NCBI RefSeq assembly: GCF_001194135.2
Contig: NC_068983.1
Location: 88,539,231-88,594,135 of the forward strand
DNA length: 54,905 bases
Source: Octopus bimaculoides
Taxonomy: Eukaryota
Direction of reading: 5' to 3'
Both the position numbers and the translations under genes were made by a program. The notes beneath the pieces are model-generated. The model saw only the letters and a program-made list of their open reading frames with translations. It was not told the DNA's origin and did not search any database. Shown piece after piece: positions 35,019-47,559 of this stretch. Every line of letters starts with the position of its first letter. The stretch's first letter is position 1.

Positions 35019-36159
35019 TTACTAGTGTCTGTTTTTCTTTTAGTTTTTGTGAACTTATACACATCAACAAATGAGCCAATGAGGTACTCTCTGTGTGGTT
35101 GTTCAATTTTCTAGAAATAACAGCCAAATCTCCCTCATACTATGCTCTTGTTAGGAAAGGGAAAATTTTTACTCCTCTCCATCTTTATGATTAAAATTAA
35201 TATTTTTGATTTTGTTCGGCTCTATGAATTTAATTTTTGTTAAATGCTTCTATCCATCGCTTGATACAGCAAATTGGAAAATCCTGACTAAAATAGAGAA
35301 AATCTAACTTAACAAAAAATATAGAAAAAGAAAGAAAAGGTTCTGTTTTTCAAAGCCAAAAGATGTGTTTTTTGTCTGGATGTAATTTTATAATTAAAAC
35401 AAATTCAAAATTTTAATTTCAGAGCATAAGATAAGACTTATCACAAATGGGTACAAAACCTAAAACAAATATGTGTGTGTGTGGTTGGGTCTTTAATAGC
35501 CAGGGGTCAATTTCAGTTCAATCGTAGAAAAGAATTTAAAACAGCGACACACATAATCATATACATACAAGCATACCCATACATACATACACATATACAT
35601 ATACATACCTATCAGTCACTCCCAAAAGCCAGTTTGATCCAATATTCTGACCACCATTCTTTATATATTTGCACACAAACGTGCGCACACACGCACACAC
35701 ATGCACACACACACACACACACATTCAGCTTTCGGCTTTTGTTCATTACTTTTTTTCTTTTAATCTGTCACTATTCATCTGTTTTTAGTTTTTGGTTTTG
35801 TTTGGGGGATTTCACTTTAGCAACATCAGTTACAAATGGTACCAAGAATTTGCTTAGTGTCACCAAAGTGGAAAAGTTGTCTTTTAAGATTTTGAAAATT
35901 TGAAACAAAAAGGCATGGTTTTTTTTAAACTGAGTGTCGTAGAAATGTGAGAATATGGCTACTACTCATTAATTTCGAATAAAACTTACTAAAGACAGGG
36001 GGTATTCCAGTGTCCCCCCTCCTAGTACCCCCAGTCTCTTAACATCCCCCCCCCCCAGTGCTCCTTTGCTCCAAAACGCTGCCCTTGAGCTCCAAATGGC
36101 ATCCGGAGGGGGTGGGTGGCTATATGGGTCCCGTTGAGAACCTTTGGTCTAGAGAATGT

Positions 36160-36400
36160 GCATAAAACCAATGATGAATATTGTGAGAGAAATGGGATGA
36201 AATGGCTAGGTCATGGTCTAAGGAAGGATGAAAGCAATTGGCTGGAAGGGCTGATTGAAATGAATCTGAAAGGAAGTAGAGGAAGGGGAAGACCAAAAAA
36301 GATTTAGCTGAAGATAGAAATGAGAGCAGGGAGATTGATGAGGAAGAATGTAGGAAATATGGCAGAATGGAGCCTAGAAAGGCAAACCTCTACTTTAACA
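36160..36400 (+). mobile_element. Old RTE 3' fossil
   Basis: MKWLGHGLRKDE...GSRGRGRPKK motif. Confidence 0.6.
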
Positions 36401-36965
36401 GGGAAAACACTCTTAAGTTGGTTTTCTGTTGTTGTAATCAGTATGATGATCAGATGGCAGGATTCCACTTCTCACTTGTAATGTTGTCTTCTACATAATC
36501 TGACATAAACAAGCAAAAACTCTTGTGTTATATTGATATGCCCAAAAACCCAGTCTTAAATGATATGTGCAAACAATGAATAACTTGCAGAATAATATTC
36601 TAAGATTTGAGACTTAAAGCATATGAACTGTATTTCTGAGACAATAAAATGTGACTGTTATAAGGAGGAGGATGGTGAGGGGCAGTAATGTGAATGATAA
36701 TGTCAAAGGCAGTTGAAATGGTAGTGATCTACCAAGTGTTAGTAAAGTACATACTAATAAGACAATGAGATTTGTTCAACTGATTGTAACCCCCTCCTAC
36801 CATTGTTGCTTTCCCATCTCTTTTATGGTATAGAAAATTGAATAAGGTTACCTTATTCATTTATCTATACCATTCTCCAGTTTCAATTTTCCATTAAAAT
36901 TCTTGTTTAACTGACCATGCATACATACTGTATATAATTCACAAGCTCTCCTTCTAAACATACAG

Positions 36966-37159
36966 GATCTGTGTGGTGCCAGACATGACATCTTACTTGG
37001 TTTCCACTTGATGCCAACCAGCAAAGATATCCTACCGGTCTTTGGATACCTCTTTCCATCCATCCCAACAAAACATATATTGACTAGTCCACAAGCAACA
37101 CAAGCCAGAGTTTTAGCTGAAGAGTTGCTCTCTGATCCACTTCACCAAAGTATAGAAAG
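36966..37159 (+). CDS. TTC16: TTC16-like coding exon 5 in window (absent from ORF track)
   Basis: catacag|GAT...GAAAG|gtaaga. Encodes DLCGARHDILLGFHLMPTSKDILPVFGYLFPSIPTKHILTSPQATQARVLAEELLSDPLHQSIE, cf. recalled human NIFGARQDV..LLLNPK...NLFPG. Phase 0 to 2. Confidence 0.88.
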
Positions 37160-37599
37160 GTAAGAAATATAGAATATTATCATAATTATGGACTTTAGTT
37201 CTATCCTTTTACATTCTGAATTCAAATCTGTTCCAGAGTTAACTTTGCCTTTCATCCTTAGATCAATAAGCTAAAAAATAATCAAACATTGGGTTCATGT
37301 TAACTTCCTCTCAAATTTGTAGCCGTCTGTTTTTGTCAGAAATTATTCTAATTTGGATCATTAACCCAGCAGCACATTTTAAAATATATTTTGTTATCAT
37401 TGTCAACCCTGAGACTGAGCCAACTTAATCATCAAAGGTATTCTAGTTATGACCATCTTATCTTTGTCTTCGTCTTCAAGCATAATGTATCTTGGACCAC
37501 CTTATCCAATATGTCCTTCTTATTTTAATTCAGTAAGATGGGATTTAAGGAAAAAAATGGCTGCTAATACTAGCTGGTTAAAAAGTCACAGCTAGTCAT

Positions 37600-38640
37600 T
37601 TTCATACCTCACCCACTGAGATTTGTTAGGTATGTACACTGCATGCTTGAAAGATTGAACCATACACATTAACCACATCTAGCCAGACCATTGTGAGGCA
37701 GACTGCCATTTTTCATCCTAGATAATCCAATTGAAAATTTGAAAATTCTGATATATTCCAGACATGTGGGATCAAGCCTTGATCTAGTTGATACCATTTC
37801 ATGGTGTCACTTATCTTGAGCCTTTTCATTAATTCTGTCACAGTGTGGGCTTAAATCTCTCTTGAGGGCTTGAGGTGACACAGTTACTGAGTGATCTCCT
37901 CTTCAGTGGGATGCTTCCTGCCAGGAATTCTCATCTGTCTCATCAGATACTATCACTGTGTGTTGCATCTGTGATCCTCTTGTCTTTACTTTATCATAGC
38001 TCTGTATATTTTGAGCCTTTTTATGTACTTATAGATGTTTTTGCAGTGACGTTTTATTCCAGAAATTCCACTTAATTATATTTGGGTCAGCTGTCTTTGA
38101 GTCCATAAACCATTTGTGATCATTACACTTGTTTCTGTCATGTTGAGAATCCTATATTGCCTCTTGAGAGACTTTGCAGTTGTTGCTTACTATTCGTTCT
38201 CATAGTATGGTTAGTGCCCTCATGTGAGTGCTGGCCTCTTACATTCATACCAGTCTCCCATGGAGATCATCTGTCTTTCCAGAATCACCAAGCTTTCTCA
38301 GTAGCCATCCAAACTTTCTTGGAAGTCACTAGTTGTCCAGAAATTATGAGAATTAATACACCAAAAAGAAGATGTCAATATTCATGTGGTGTTTCTTCCC
38401 TGAACTTTAACACCCACTTATTTGCAAGTCAAGAGCAGTGGTCAAATCATTGCCCACTCCCTCTTGCTTTATAACCAACAAGTTCTTTCTGCTTTCATCT
38501 TGCTTGTAGCTGTCTTTCTTTGTTATTCAAAAAATCATTGCTGCTGCTGTTTTTTTGAGTAGCCCTGATCAGTTCTTTTCAAACAAACTCTGGCAGAAGC
38601 CAATAAAGCACTTAGAAGCAATCCACCTACACTTCTCCTG
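37600..38640 (-). mobile_element. Very old NeSL/HERO-like LINE RT fossil
   Basis: Minus strand MVWLDVVNVYGSI (cf. VWLDLANAYGSI) and IP...EITQ*LCHL...LMKRL (cf. IPK..I.QFR.ISLL..KRL). Confidence 0.4.
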
Positions 38641-39259
38641 GGAACATGTGGCACCCCTGGATAGAAAATCTGAAAGTTGTCACATTCATACTTTTTCAAG
38701 GAAATTAACTGTGTAAACTAAAGCAGAATCAAATGGCTCCATGTTGAGAAAGGAAAGCTAATCATAGACTTCTCTCATTGGCTGCTTACTAATATTCTAT
38801 GGTATTTATCTCAGGCTATGTTATCGATTTCTAATTCATACTTTAGGTTTCAAATTTATGAACGAGGAAAAATGGAATGTTATGATATTTGTGACTTTCT
38901 TTTTGGAAGTTTTTTACAAATAGATGAAAGATAGTTAAATTTCCACATGGACAGTATGCCAATCTTTTGCAAGTTTACAACAAGGAAAAGTGAGGCAGAT
39001 AGAATTAAACATTCTATAGGATCTCATGAAACATCTGTAGCAGAATGGAACTCAAGGCCTTTGAGATGATTCATATCCATTCAGCTATTTCATATTTCAT
39101 GTAAAAACAATGAAATGGTTGAAATGACTTCAGCAACTGGGCACCCAACACCTGATTGTATACTCAGCTGTTATAGGGAGGGGTTTCTTTTGTGTTAGGT
39201 ATTGGCTTGAAAATCATCATTGCATCAAAATGTTTCTTTCTCTCTCACTTTATTTTCAG

Positions 39260-39401
39260 AACCTTCAGTTTCACTGCAGATGAGAATAGTGTGCTAACAT
39301 CCCTGATTACTGACCCATTAACTGTGTTGGGTAATCAACCACCAACACTCCTCCAGCCAAGTTTCTGTTCTACTCCTGATTTGCTTCAAGAAAAGAAAAG
39401 G
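39260..39401 (+). CDS. TTC16: Probable TTC16-like coding exon 6 in window
   Basis: tattttcag|A...AGG|gtaagg. Phase 2 acceptor fits exon 5; open frame TFSFTADENS...FCSTPDLLQEKKR. Weaker sequence recognition than the other exons. Confidence 0.65.
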
Positions 39402-39491
39402 GTAAGGAATACAAGTTATTATAACCTTTGGTCCTTGTTTTTTATCCTAAATGTTTTTGTGGCCCTTGTGGCCAATAAAGAAAGAATTATT

Positions 39492-39536
<45 letters not shown>

Positions 39537-39622
39537 TAGTCTTATTTTTATTACATGCTTTCACTGCACTACTGAATGCCTTGGGTATGTGCTGTGGTTT
39601 GTGGTGGTGCTCTTATTTTCAC

Positions 39623-39670
<48 letters not shown>

Positions 39671-39687
39671 CATTTTTGTTATTATTA

Positions 39688-40130
39688 AGGTGGTGAACTG
39701 GCAGAATCATTAGCACACTGGGCAAAATGCTAAGCAGTATTTCATCCATCTTTACATTCTGAATTCAAATGCCACTGGGGTCGACTTTGCCTTTCAATCT
39801 TTTGGGCCTGATAAAATAAGTACCAGTTGAGCACTGGGGTCAATGTAATTGACTTAGCCCCTCCCCCAAAATTTCAGGCCTTGTGCCTTTAGTAGAAAGG
39901 ATTATTGTTATTGTTGAGGCAGCTGACAGAATCATTTGCACTTCAGACAAAATGCTTGGTAGCATTTCTTCCAGCTCATTACAATATGAATTCAAATTCT
40001 ACTGAAGTCAACTTTGCTTTACATTCTTTTAGGGTTGAAAAATAAATTCCTGTTAAGCACTAGGGTCGATGTAATTAACTAAAACCCTCTCCAAAAATTT
40101 TAGGCTTTAAGTCTAGAACAGGAAGGATTA
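39688..40130 (+). mobile_element. Two tandem SINE copies (39688-39905, 39915-40130) in (TTA)n tracts
   Basis: Both begin ggtgaactggcagaatc / ggcagctgacagaatc and end agaaaggattatt. Confidence 0.85.
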
Positions 40131-40134
40131 TTAT

Positions 40135-40565
40135 TAGTAATATTATTATTATTATTATTATTGCCTTTGCACAGCTTCTAATGCTGGAGATGTATTACAG
40201 TGTCAGCTGTTCACTACCAGTGAACTAAGGTAACACCTCTTATTTTTCGAGCATCTTCCGGAGTATTCGAGCGGTTCCAAGCAGTGCTGTTTTCTGCAAG
40301 TGCTCCACCCTTATTGCAGCCCCTATTTGTTCCACGTACTTCTTGAGATTTTGCTCCCTGTTCCCAGGGCTCTGACAATTATTGGTACTACTGCTACCTT
40401 TTTCATCGACCACAACTGCTTAACTTCTCAAGCTAACCTGTCATATCTCTCAACTTTTCTTTCTTCCTTATCGCATACCTTGTTGTCAGCTGAGCATGCT
40501 ATATCTATGATCCAGCATAACTTGTTTTCTTTCTCAATTAAGACTATGTCTGGCTTCCTATTCTC
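40135..40565 (-). mobile_element. R4/Dong LINE 3' end (restriction-like endonuclease) with (TAA)n tail
   Basis: Minus strand RKPDIVLIEKENKLCWIIDIAC..DNKVCDKEERKVERYDRL..EVKQLW..VAVVPIIVRALG: PD-(D/E)xK-type RLE signature. Confidence 0.9.
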
Positions 40566-40594
40566 TATCTATCTATTATTATTATTATTATTAT

Positions 40595-40723
40595 CATTAT
40601 TATAGCCCAGGCTGGCCAATGCCTTTTGAGCAAATTTGGTAGGTGTAGAGTGTATAGAAGCCCATTGGAAATTGTGTGTATATGTGTGTACATGTATATG
40701 TCTTTGTGTTTGTTTCCCTGCTA
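40595..40723 (+). mobile_element. Left part of a SINE split by the mariner (right part 45914-45965)
   Basis: Body ...tttgtgtttgtttccctgcTA resumes as TActtgacaactggtgttggtttgtttatg; contiguous in the 25280-25676 copy. Confidence 0.75.
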
Positions 40724-40729
40724 CGAGGG

Positions 40730-43388
40730 TGTTGTAATGTAATGTTACATACAATAAATAAGATAACCAGACAACAGTAAAAACAATATAATGAACTAAC
40801 AAATCTCTTTACGAATCAACAATCAATATTCCTTGTGAATTAACCTTCAAATGTATTTTTTGTCTTTCTTTTATATGTTTTTTTTTTTTTTGGCAATAAT
40901 TTATCAAAGATTGATTTTATTTTACATGCAAACATTAACTTTGCTGGTGACTTTCTTGAATTAATATTTGGATTTGGTGTTATTCTGTATACTCTTAAAA
41001 ATTTCATTAGTGCCTCATCATTATCTAGCTCATTCTTAGTTTTTCTTAGAGCTCTTTAGAATGTGTCAACAAATCTTTCCGCCTGCCCATTTGACTTCAA
41101 GTGTTAGGGTGAGGTAAAGATGTGCTTTATGGTATGTATTTTGCAGAAATTTCTTAATTCATATCCCATGAATTTTGTTCTATTATCTGAAACTAATGTG
41201 TCCAGAACACTGTATCGAACAAATAACTTGAGTAGGAACTTTATTGTTGTCTTTGTTGTGGGTTTATTACATCTACATACCTCTGGCCACTTTGTACAGC
41301 TATCCACAATGATTAGATAGTATGTGTCGTTCAGTGGTCCAGCCTAGTCAATATGTATCCTGGACCATGGGCTCTCAGAATCCATGTGTAGACCTAATTT
41401 GTCTAACAATACTTGCAGAAACATTTTTAAAAATTTTCTCTTTAACTCTTCAGACAAATTATTTTTAGAGGGACAACCATTTACATTTTTACAATAGAGA
41501 ATTATGGGAAGGTCCCATCAATCAAATAATTGTAACCAATTGGTACCAAACAGATCAGTTGCATTTTTAATGATGAAGACTTTCATCTTGCATGTTTTCC
41601 TTCGAAATGTGACATTAGTCCACATTTCACCTATGAAATGCAATTTGTCACCCACAATGCTATGAGCAGATTTCGCTGTTTTTCTCAACATAGGTTTCCC
41701 TATTTTCTTCCATGTATATATTTATTATTGAAATATCACTTCCAGTTTCCAATTGAAGTTTAATATGTATTCATTTATGAGTACGAATTTTCTTATTTGG
41801 GAGTCAATTTTTGTTTCTGCTGAGAGCACTCTAGGATTTGTAACGTTTGATCATATTTGATTTTTAAATGGACAGTCTTTTCTGAAATGTGTGCCCCACT
41901 TCCTTAACATGGATTAGGATGTGTTGCTCTTTTTTGGTTGTACTTTTACAGTTGGCATATCTGTATTTTTGAAGAATCCTTTTCTTGAATTTTTTTCTAC
42001 ATCATGTTTCAGGTTTACCATCCTTTGGCATTCTTCTGTCATGGACTGTAATGTTAGATCTTGGTTTGTTTGTTCCAATTTAGAAAGAATTCTTGCCCGA
42101 ATTTCTGTCTCTTCACTTGCTGTAAAGCCTTTTACTAAAATAAGATACTTGAAGATCTCAGGTGTAAGTTCTTTGAGTTTAAAACTTTCACACATCCTGT
42201 TGACTGTTCCTGCATATGTGATAAAATCATCATTCTCTTTTTTCCTCATATTCCAACACTCCATTCAAGTGTTAAATAGCAAAGTTTTATCACTGAATAT
42301 GTTAGACAGTAATTCTATTGTTTCTTTAAAACAAATTTCTTTGGGATTTTTGGACAATATGAAATTACAGTAACGTTCATGCTCCAATGGAGCAAATTTT
42401 CCCAATGACAATCTCACTTTTTGTTCGTCCGACCACAATTTGCGATCTTGCTTAAAAATTTCCTCTTACCTTCTGTAGTACAATGCAAAAGTTATGCCCT
42501 CCTCTGGGTTATAACTGAATTCATTAATCGAGTTTGAAATACTGTCTGGCAAAAACAAACTTACCTCATTTTTGGACTTCTTTGAATATAGCTCCAATAA
42601 ATGTTATTGTTGTTGTAATAGTTGCTTCTGCAACTCCTGTTGCTGGTCTTGTTGCTTTTGCAACTGTACTATAGAAGCTTATAGATTTTTCATTATTTAA
42701 CAAGTTGTATGACAAACAAATTGTTAAATAACCTACATGAACTTTAAAACCCTCATTGCTATGTGTTGTAATGTTCTGTGTTATCTATATAAAACAAAGG
42801 ATGTGTGTCTGTGTGTAATATGTATGCATTTCTACAGTTTTCAACTGATTTTCACCAAACTTTACACACATATTATTTATGTAGCATGGATGGTCATGCA
42901 CTATAACATTTTGCCCAGAGTCCTCGCATAATGTGAGAAACCAACCATAAAAAGGCTTTTTCACATGGGTTTTTCTCTAAAAACTGCAGTTTTCAACCGA
43001 TTCTCTCCCTTTGACTTCTGCAATTTTCAAGTGATTCTCTCCTTTTTCCTTCTCCCTATTATCTCTTCTCTTTCATTTTCTCACTTTCACATCTCCCTCT
43101 CTCTCTATGAAAATTTACTTCAGTGTATTTCAGTTTTGTTGTGTGTAAATACCTTTGTCTTCCCACTATTTGTACATTCTTCCTACAGCATTACTTTATT
43201 TCTTTTAAATTTTTTGCACACCGTTTATTTAAATGCACTGTTTACATTTCTTCCTCTATCGAAAACCATTGTGTAATATTGTTTCACTTTTATTCTTTCA
43301 CTTTTGTGTGTGTGTTTGCGCATTCAATATGTACAAGATAGTAAAGGATGTTTCAAACCATGACAACAATGACATCAGATATATGAGT

Positions 43389-43463
<75 letters not shown>

Positions 43464-44563
43464 TTTCCACATTAGGAATGTTATTAAACACACACACACA
43501 TCTATACGTACATATACACATGTGACGACTGACATGCATGAATGTATGTCTGTATGTGTCTCTTTTACTATATGTATGTGACTGTATGTGAGAGTGTACG
43601 TGTGCGTATCGTCACATTTTTCACATGAATGTGTATGTATCTGTGAGTGTGTGTGTGTTTACATGCCCATTACGTACGCTATTAAACACACACATACACC
43701 TATACAAGCTGTTGACAAAAAACAATTACGTGGAAGATCCAAGTTATATAAAAATACACATCTACCATTCAATTAACAGTTCATAATTATCACAGCAGTT
43801 TCAAGGTTGCAAGGTATTTACAATTTGCTTATATTCGGTTAACTTACACTGCATACAAAAATATAGATATTCTACATACATACAACTGCATTCAAAGATA
43901 GAGGTTAATGTATATTTTTTCCATGTACATAAATTTTTGCTTAAAATATAGAAAAAAATATGCCACCAAAGGAAAATCATGTCTCCAGAAACACCTATAA
44001 AACAAGGAGGAGTGCAGAAAACCGAAGGCAAGAGTCTCAAGAGATAAGGGTCATGAGACTTTCTCAACATCAGCAAAGGCATGCTGCAGCATATCAGATG
44101 GAGACTCAATACAGAAGGGACATGACACTTTCCAAAGATCACCAAATGTATGTTGCAGCACGTCAAATACAGTCTCAAGAGAGAAGAGAGAGGAGACTTT
44201 CTCAACATCAGCAAAAGCATGCTGCAGCACGTCTGATGGAGTCCCAAGACAGAAGGGAGATGAGACTTTCTCAAGATCAGCAAAATCATGCTGCAGCACT
44301 TAATGCTGAATTATTAAAGCAACATTTAGCACACCATTTAACACAGGTCCTATAGAATAGCTCGCAAAAACATGTCATGTACAAATTCGTTCTTCACAAC
44401 ACCTGGAGCTGCTTTCAGATATGATCCATCCCTTTCTTATAAAAATGATAATTCTGTCCTAAATGGTGTGTTAAACTCAAATTGTCGTTTATGCAAAGCT
44501 TTAACTCCACAAATGTTTTGTCAGCAATGTTGCACTTTCCCGTATCAACTGTTTCAACATGAA

Positions 44564-44606
<43 letters not shown>

Positions 44607-44889
44607 AACTATGCTGTTTTAATTCCGAACAATGCTGGATATCTCAGTTAGTGTACAATAAATAAGATAACCAGACAACAGTAAAAACAAGGTAACAAAT
44701 TAACAAATCTCTTTATGAACCAACAATCAATATTCCTTGTGAACTAACCATCCAACTTCACTGTGAACTAACAAAAACTTCACTCAGCTTTGAACTCTGA
44801 ACTTCAAACTCACTCGGATCATTACTATTTATTCTTTACTCAGACCAAGCTATCTCTTGCAAGGGGGCATCGTAACTCTCATCATAACA
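40730..44889 (-). mobile_element. Gypsy LTR retrotransposon, internally deleted, 5-bp TSD GAGGG
   Basis: TSD at 40725-40729 and 44890-44894; ends TGTTGT...ATAACA; LTR copies 40730-40848 and 42764-42783+44652-44889. Gag-like ORF 41914-42264; integrase DSCTKWPEV..TLVSDNRTKF (41104-41307); decayed PBS TAGCAATGAG (cf. TGGCGACGAG) near 42761. Confidence 0.9.
42784..44651 (+). mobile_element. Internally deleted Helitron retaining the RepHel N-terminus, inserted in the Gypsy LTR
   Basis: A|TCTATATAAAA 5' end; decayed hairpin ccgaacaatgctgg then TTAG|T 3' end. MPPK...ESQERRERRLSQHQQ repeats (43960-44355) and AAFRYDPSLSY..CRLCKAL..CC (44372-44560). Confidence 0.85.
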
Positions 44890-46733
44890 GAGGGGAAGTA
44901 AAAAATTATCTGCATTTCCAGCATAACATATCTTTATTATTGTCACACTGCCTTCTGTGTGCTTATAGCTGGTACTATTGTGGTCACATGATTGAAGTTT
45001 GAGCCTGATTCTGCCATATTTCTTTCTGTCTTTACAATGTAAGCACGGCTCCTCCACTAGCAATGTATATCAAAGAAGAACAAAGCAATGGTCTGATTTC
45101 TCTGGTCAGATGGTGTGTCAGGTGCTGAATGCACTTGGCTTCTGTAATCCACAATGAGCTTGGCTTCTATAAAGTCTGTGTAAGATGGGTACCAAGAGAG
45201 CATACTGCAGAGCACAAGTGAAAATGCCTTGAGGTCTGCCAACATTTACTCAATCACTACAACAATGAGGATGAGGAATTTTTGAGCAGAATAGTCACAG
45301 GAGATAAAATGTGGGTCCCAATGGTTATGAGGCAGAATCCAAATGACAGAGTATGGAGTGGAAACATCCTGGCTCACCAGCAATGAAGAAATTCAAGGCT
45401 CAGTCTTCCACAGGAAAGGTAATGCTAACAATTTTTTGGGACTCAAAAGGGCCTATACTGGAACATTGCCTGGAAAAGGAGTGTACAATCAATAGTGCAA
45501 GATACAGTGCTTTGCTGGCCAACAAACTGAACCCAGCAATTTGCACCAAACACCGAAGCCTATTGTCGAAGAAAGTTTTGTTGTTGCATGACAACACATG
45601 CTCACACACAGCCACCCAGACCATTGAAATCATTAACCAATAATGCTAAAAGTCTCCAATGAACTTCTGCACCTGACACACCTTCTAACAAGAGAAATCA
45701 GATTACTGCTCTTTGTTTTTCTTTGGTGCACATTGCTAGTGGAGTGGCCATGATTACACTGTAAAGCCCAGAAAGTAAAATGACATGAACAGGCTAAACC
45801 TTGATCACATGACCACAATTGTACCAACTATAAGCACATATGTACAAAAGGCAGTGTGACAATAATAAAGATCTGTTATGACGAAAGTGCAGATAATTTT
45901 TGAGTTCCCCTTGTACTTGACAACTGGTGTTGGTTTGTTTATGTACCCATAACTTAGCAGTTTGCTCTTTACTTTATAAGTTCAGATTCTGTCAAGGTAG
46001 ATGTTACTTTTCTTCTTTTTGGGTCAATAAAACAAGTACTCATTGAGCAGTGGGTCAATGTAATCACCTAACCACTTCACCCAAATTTCAAACTTTATGC
46101 CCTTGTTAGAAACAATTGTGTCAAAATTAGAAAAAAATTATCATCACTATCACCACCACCACCACCACCACCACCACCATCACCACCACCACCACCACCA
46201 CCACCACCACCATCATCATCATCATTATCATCACCACCACCACCAGCTGTTAAGAATTTACATATGCTGATTTAAAATTTAGTTGAGTAATTACACAGAT
46301 GTTATATTTTTGGTATTATTGTGTCCGGGACATGTCAGCCTGGCAAAACCAATCCTCTTTTAAAAAGCATGTATACATATATTACACATACACACAGAGC
46401 TTACTCTGCTAGTTACACTCTACCACTGATTCTCAATGTCTAGGAAGAAATAGAATACAGTCAGCTTTCCAGCATTTAAATGTATATATTGACTAGACAT
46501 TTAAATAGTTGAAAAAAGTTTCAATCATACATCTATTGTAGTGTTGTTGCTATAGAAACATGAAACCAAGAGTTGTACAAGGGACCTTTAACCTTGTTAA
46601 GCTGGTCGTTGGGTTTAGAGTACTAAACCAATTTTGGTAAATATTGATATAGTATGAAATGAGGTAAATAAACGAGAGAAGAGAAAAGAAAAGAGAAATG
46701 AAATATGGGAACAGTGACAAAGATATAGAGGAT

Positions 46734-46792
<59 letters not shown>

Positions 46793-47304
46793 TGAAAGTT
46801 TAAAAAACCAAAGAATGGCTGATAGTACATGAGTTTTGTATGATATAGGGGTATATGTTACAATTGTTCCTCAGGTTTTTGTCAACTAATCATTCTTATG
46901 TTACACTTAGCCTCACCTTTTTGAATCTTGTCAGGTATTTTTCAAGAAATCCATGAGGTGTATGTATTGTATGTGTTTGCATGTGTTTATGTGTCTGTAT
47001 GTATGTATACATAATTTCGTGTGTGTGTTGATGGTGATGGTAATAGCAGTTAATTTTCCAACTGGACAAAGGAAACTATGATTCCATTGCTTTTTCCAAT
47101 ACTGAATATATATTATATACACAAATACACAGACACACACATCAACTTCATCATCATTTTTTAATGTTCAGCTTTCTATGCTTGCGTAAGTCAAATAGAA
47201 TTCATTCACCAGATTATCTACTGTCTGATGCACTCTCTACTAGTAACATTCGATTGTTCCCACATATATATTTGTGTGTGTGTGTTTATATATATTTGTC
47301 TATG

Positions 47305-47555
47305 TATAACTGGTACTCCATCGCTTACGACAACAATGGAACAGCCTGCTCATGAAATTGGCATGCAAATGGCTGAGCACTCCACAGACATATGTACCCT
47401 TAACATAGTTCTCAGGGAGATTCAGCATGACACAGAATATGACAAGGCTGGCCCTTTGAAATACAGGTACTACTCATTTTTGCCAGCTGAGTGAACTGGA
47501 GCAACTTGAAATAAGGTGTCTTGCTCAAGGACCCTAACCACTAAGCCATGTGCCT
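47305..47555 (-). mobile_element. tRNA-head SINE variant
   Basis: Shares cagctgagtgaactggagcaa..tgaaataa.gtgtcttgctcaagg with 15476-15810; different body. Confidence 0.7.
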
Positions 47556-47559
47556 TCAC

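Larger units (their letters stand above)
40724..45913 (+). mobile_element. Mariner element (TA TSD) interrupted by Gypsy; transposase fossil 45050-45643; ~250-bp terminal inverted repeats
   Basis: TA|CGAGGG...GAAGTAAAAAATTATCTGC vs reverse complement TA|CAAGGGGAACTCAAAAATTATCTGC (45913). Protein motifs WVPRE, IVTGDKMW, EWKHPGSP, GKVMLTIFWDSKG, LLHDN. Confidence 0.9.

Noticed and set aside
35995-36160. C-rich patch ending gttgagaacctttg-gtctagag (hAT-like right end, G4 potential on the minus strand)
   Set aside because: No matching left TIR or TSD found; cannot be supported as an element.
37876-37906. Minus-strand CUGAAGA-GGAGAUCACUCA-GUAAC-UGU-GUC
   Set aside because: GAAA is mutated, there is no stem I, and it lies within a LINE RT fossil; likely chance.
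38806-38846. Small AG...GT bounded segment as an extra TTC16 exon
   Set aside because: Phases are incompatible with the flanking exons; 37159 joins 39260 in frame without it.
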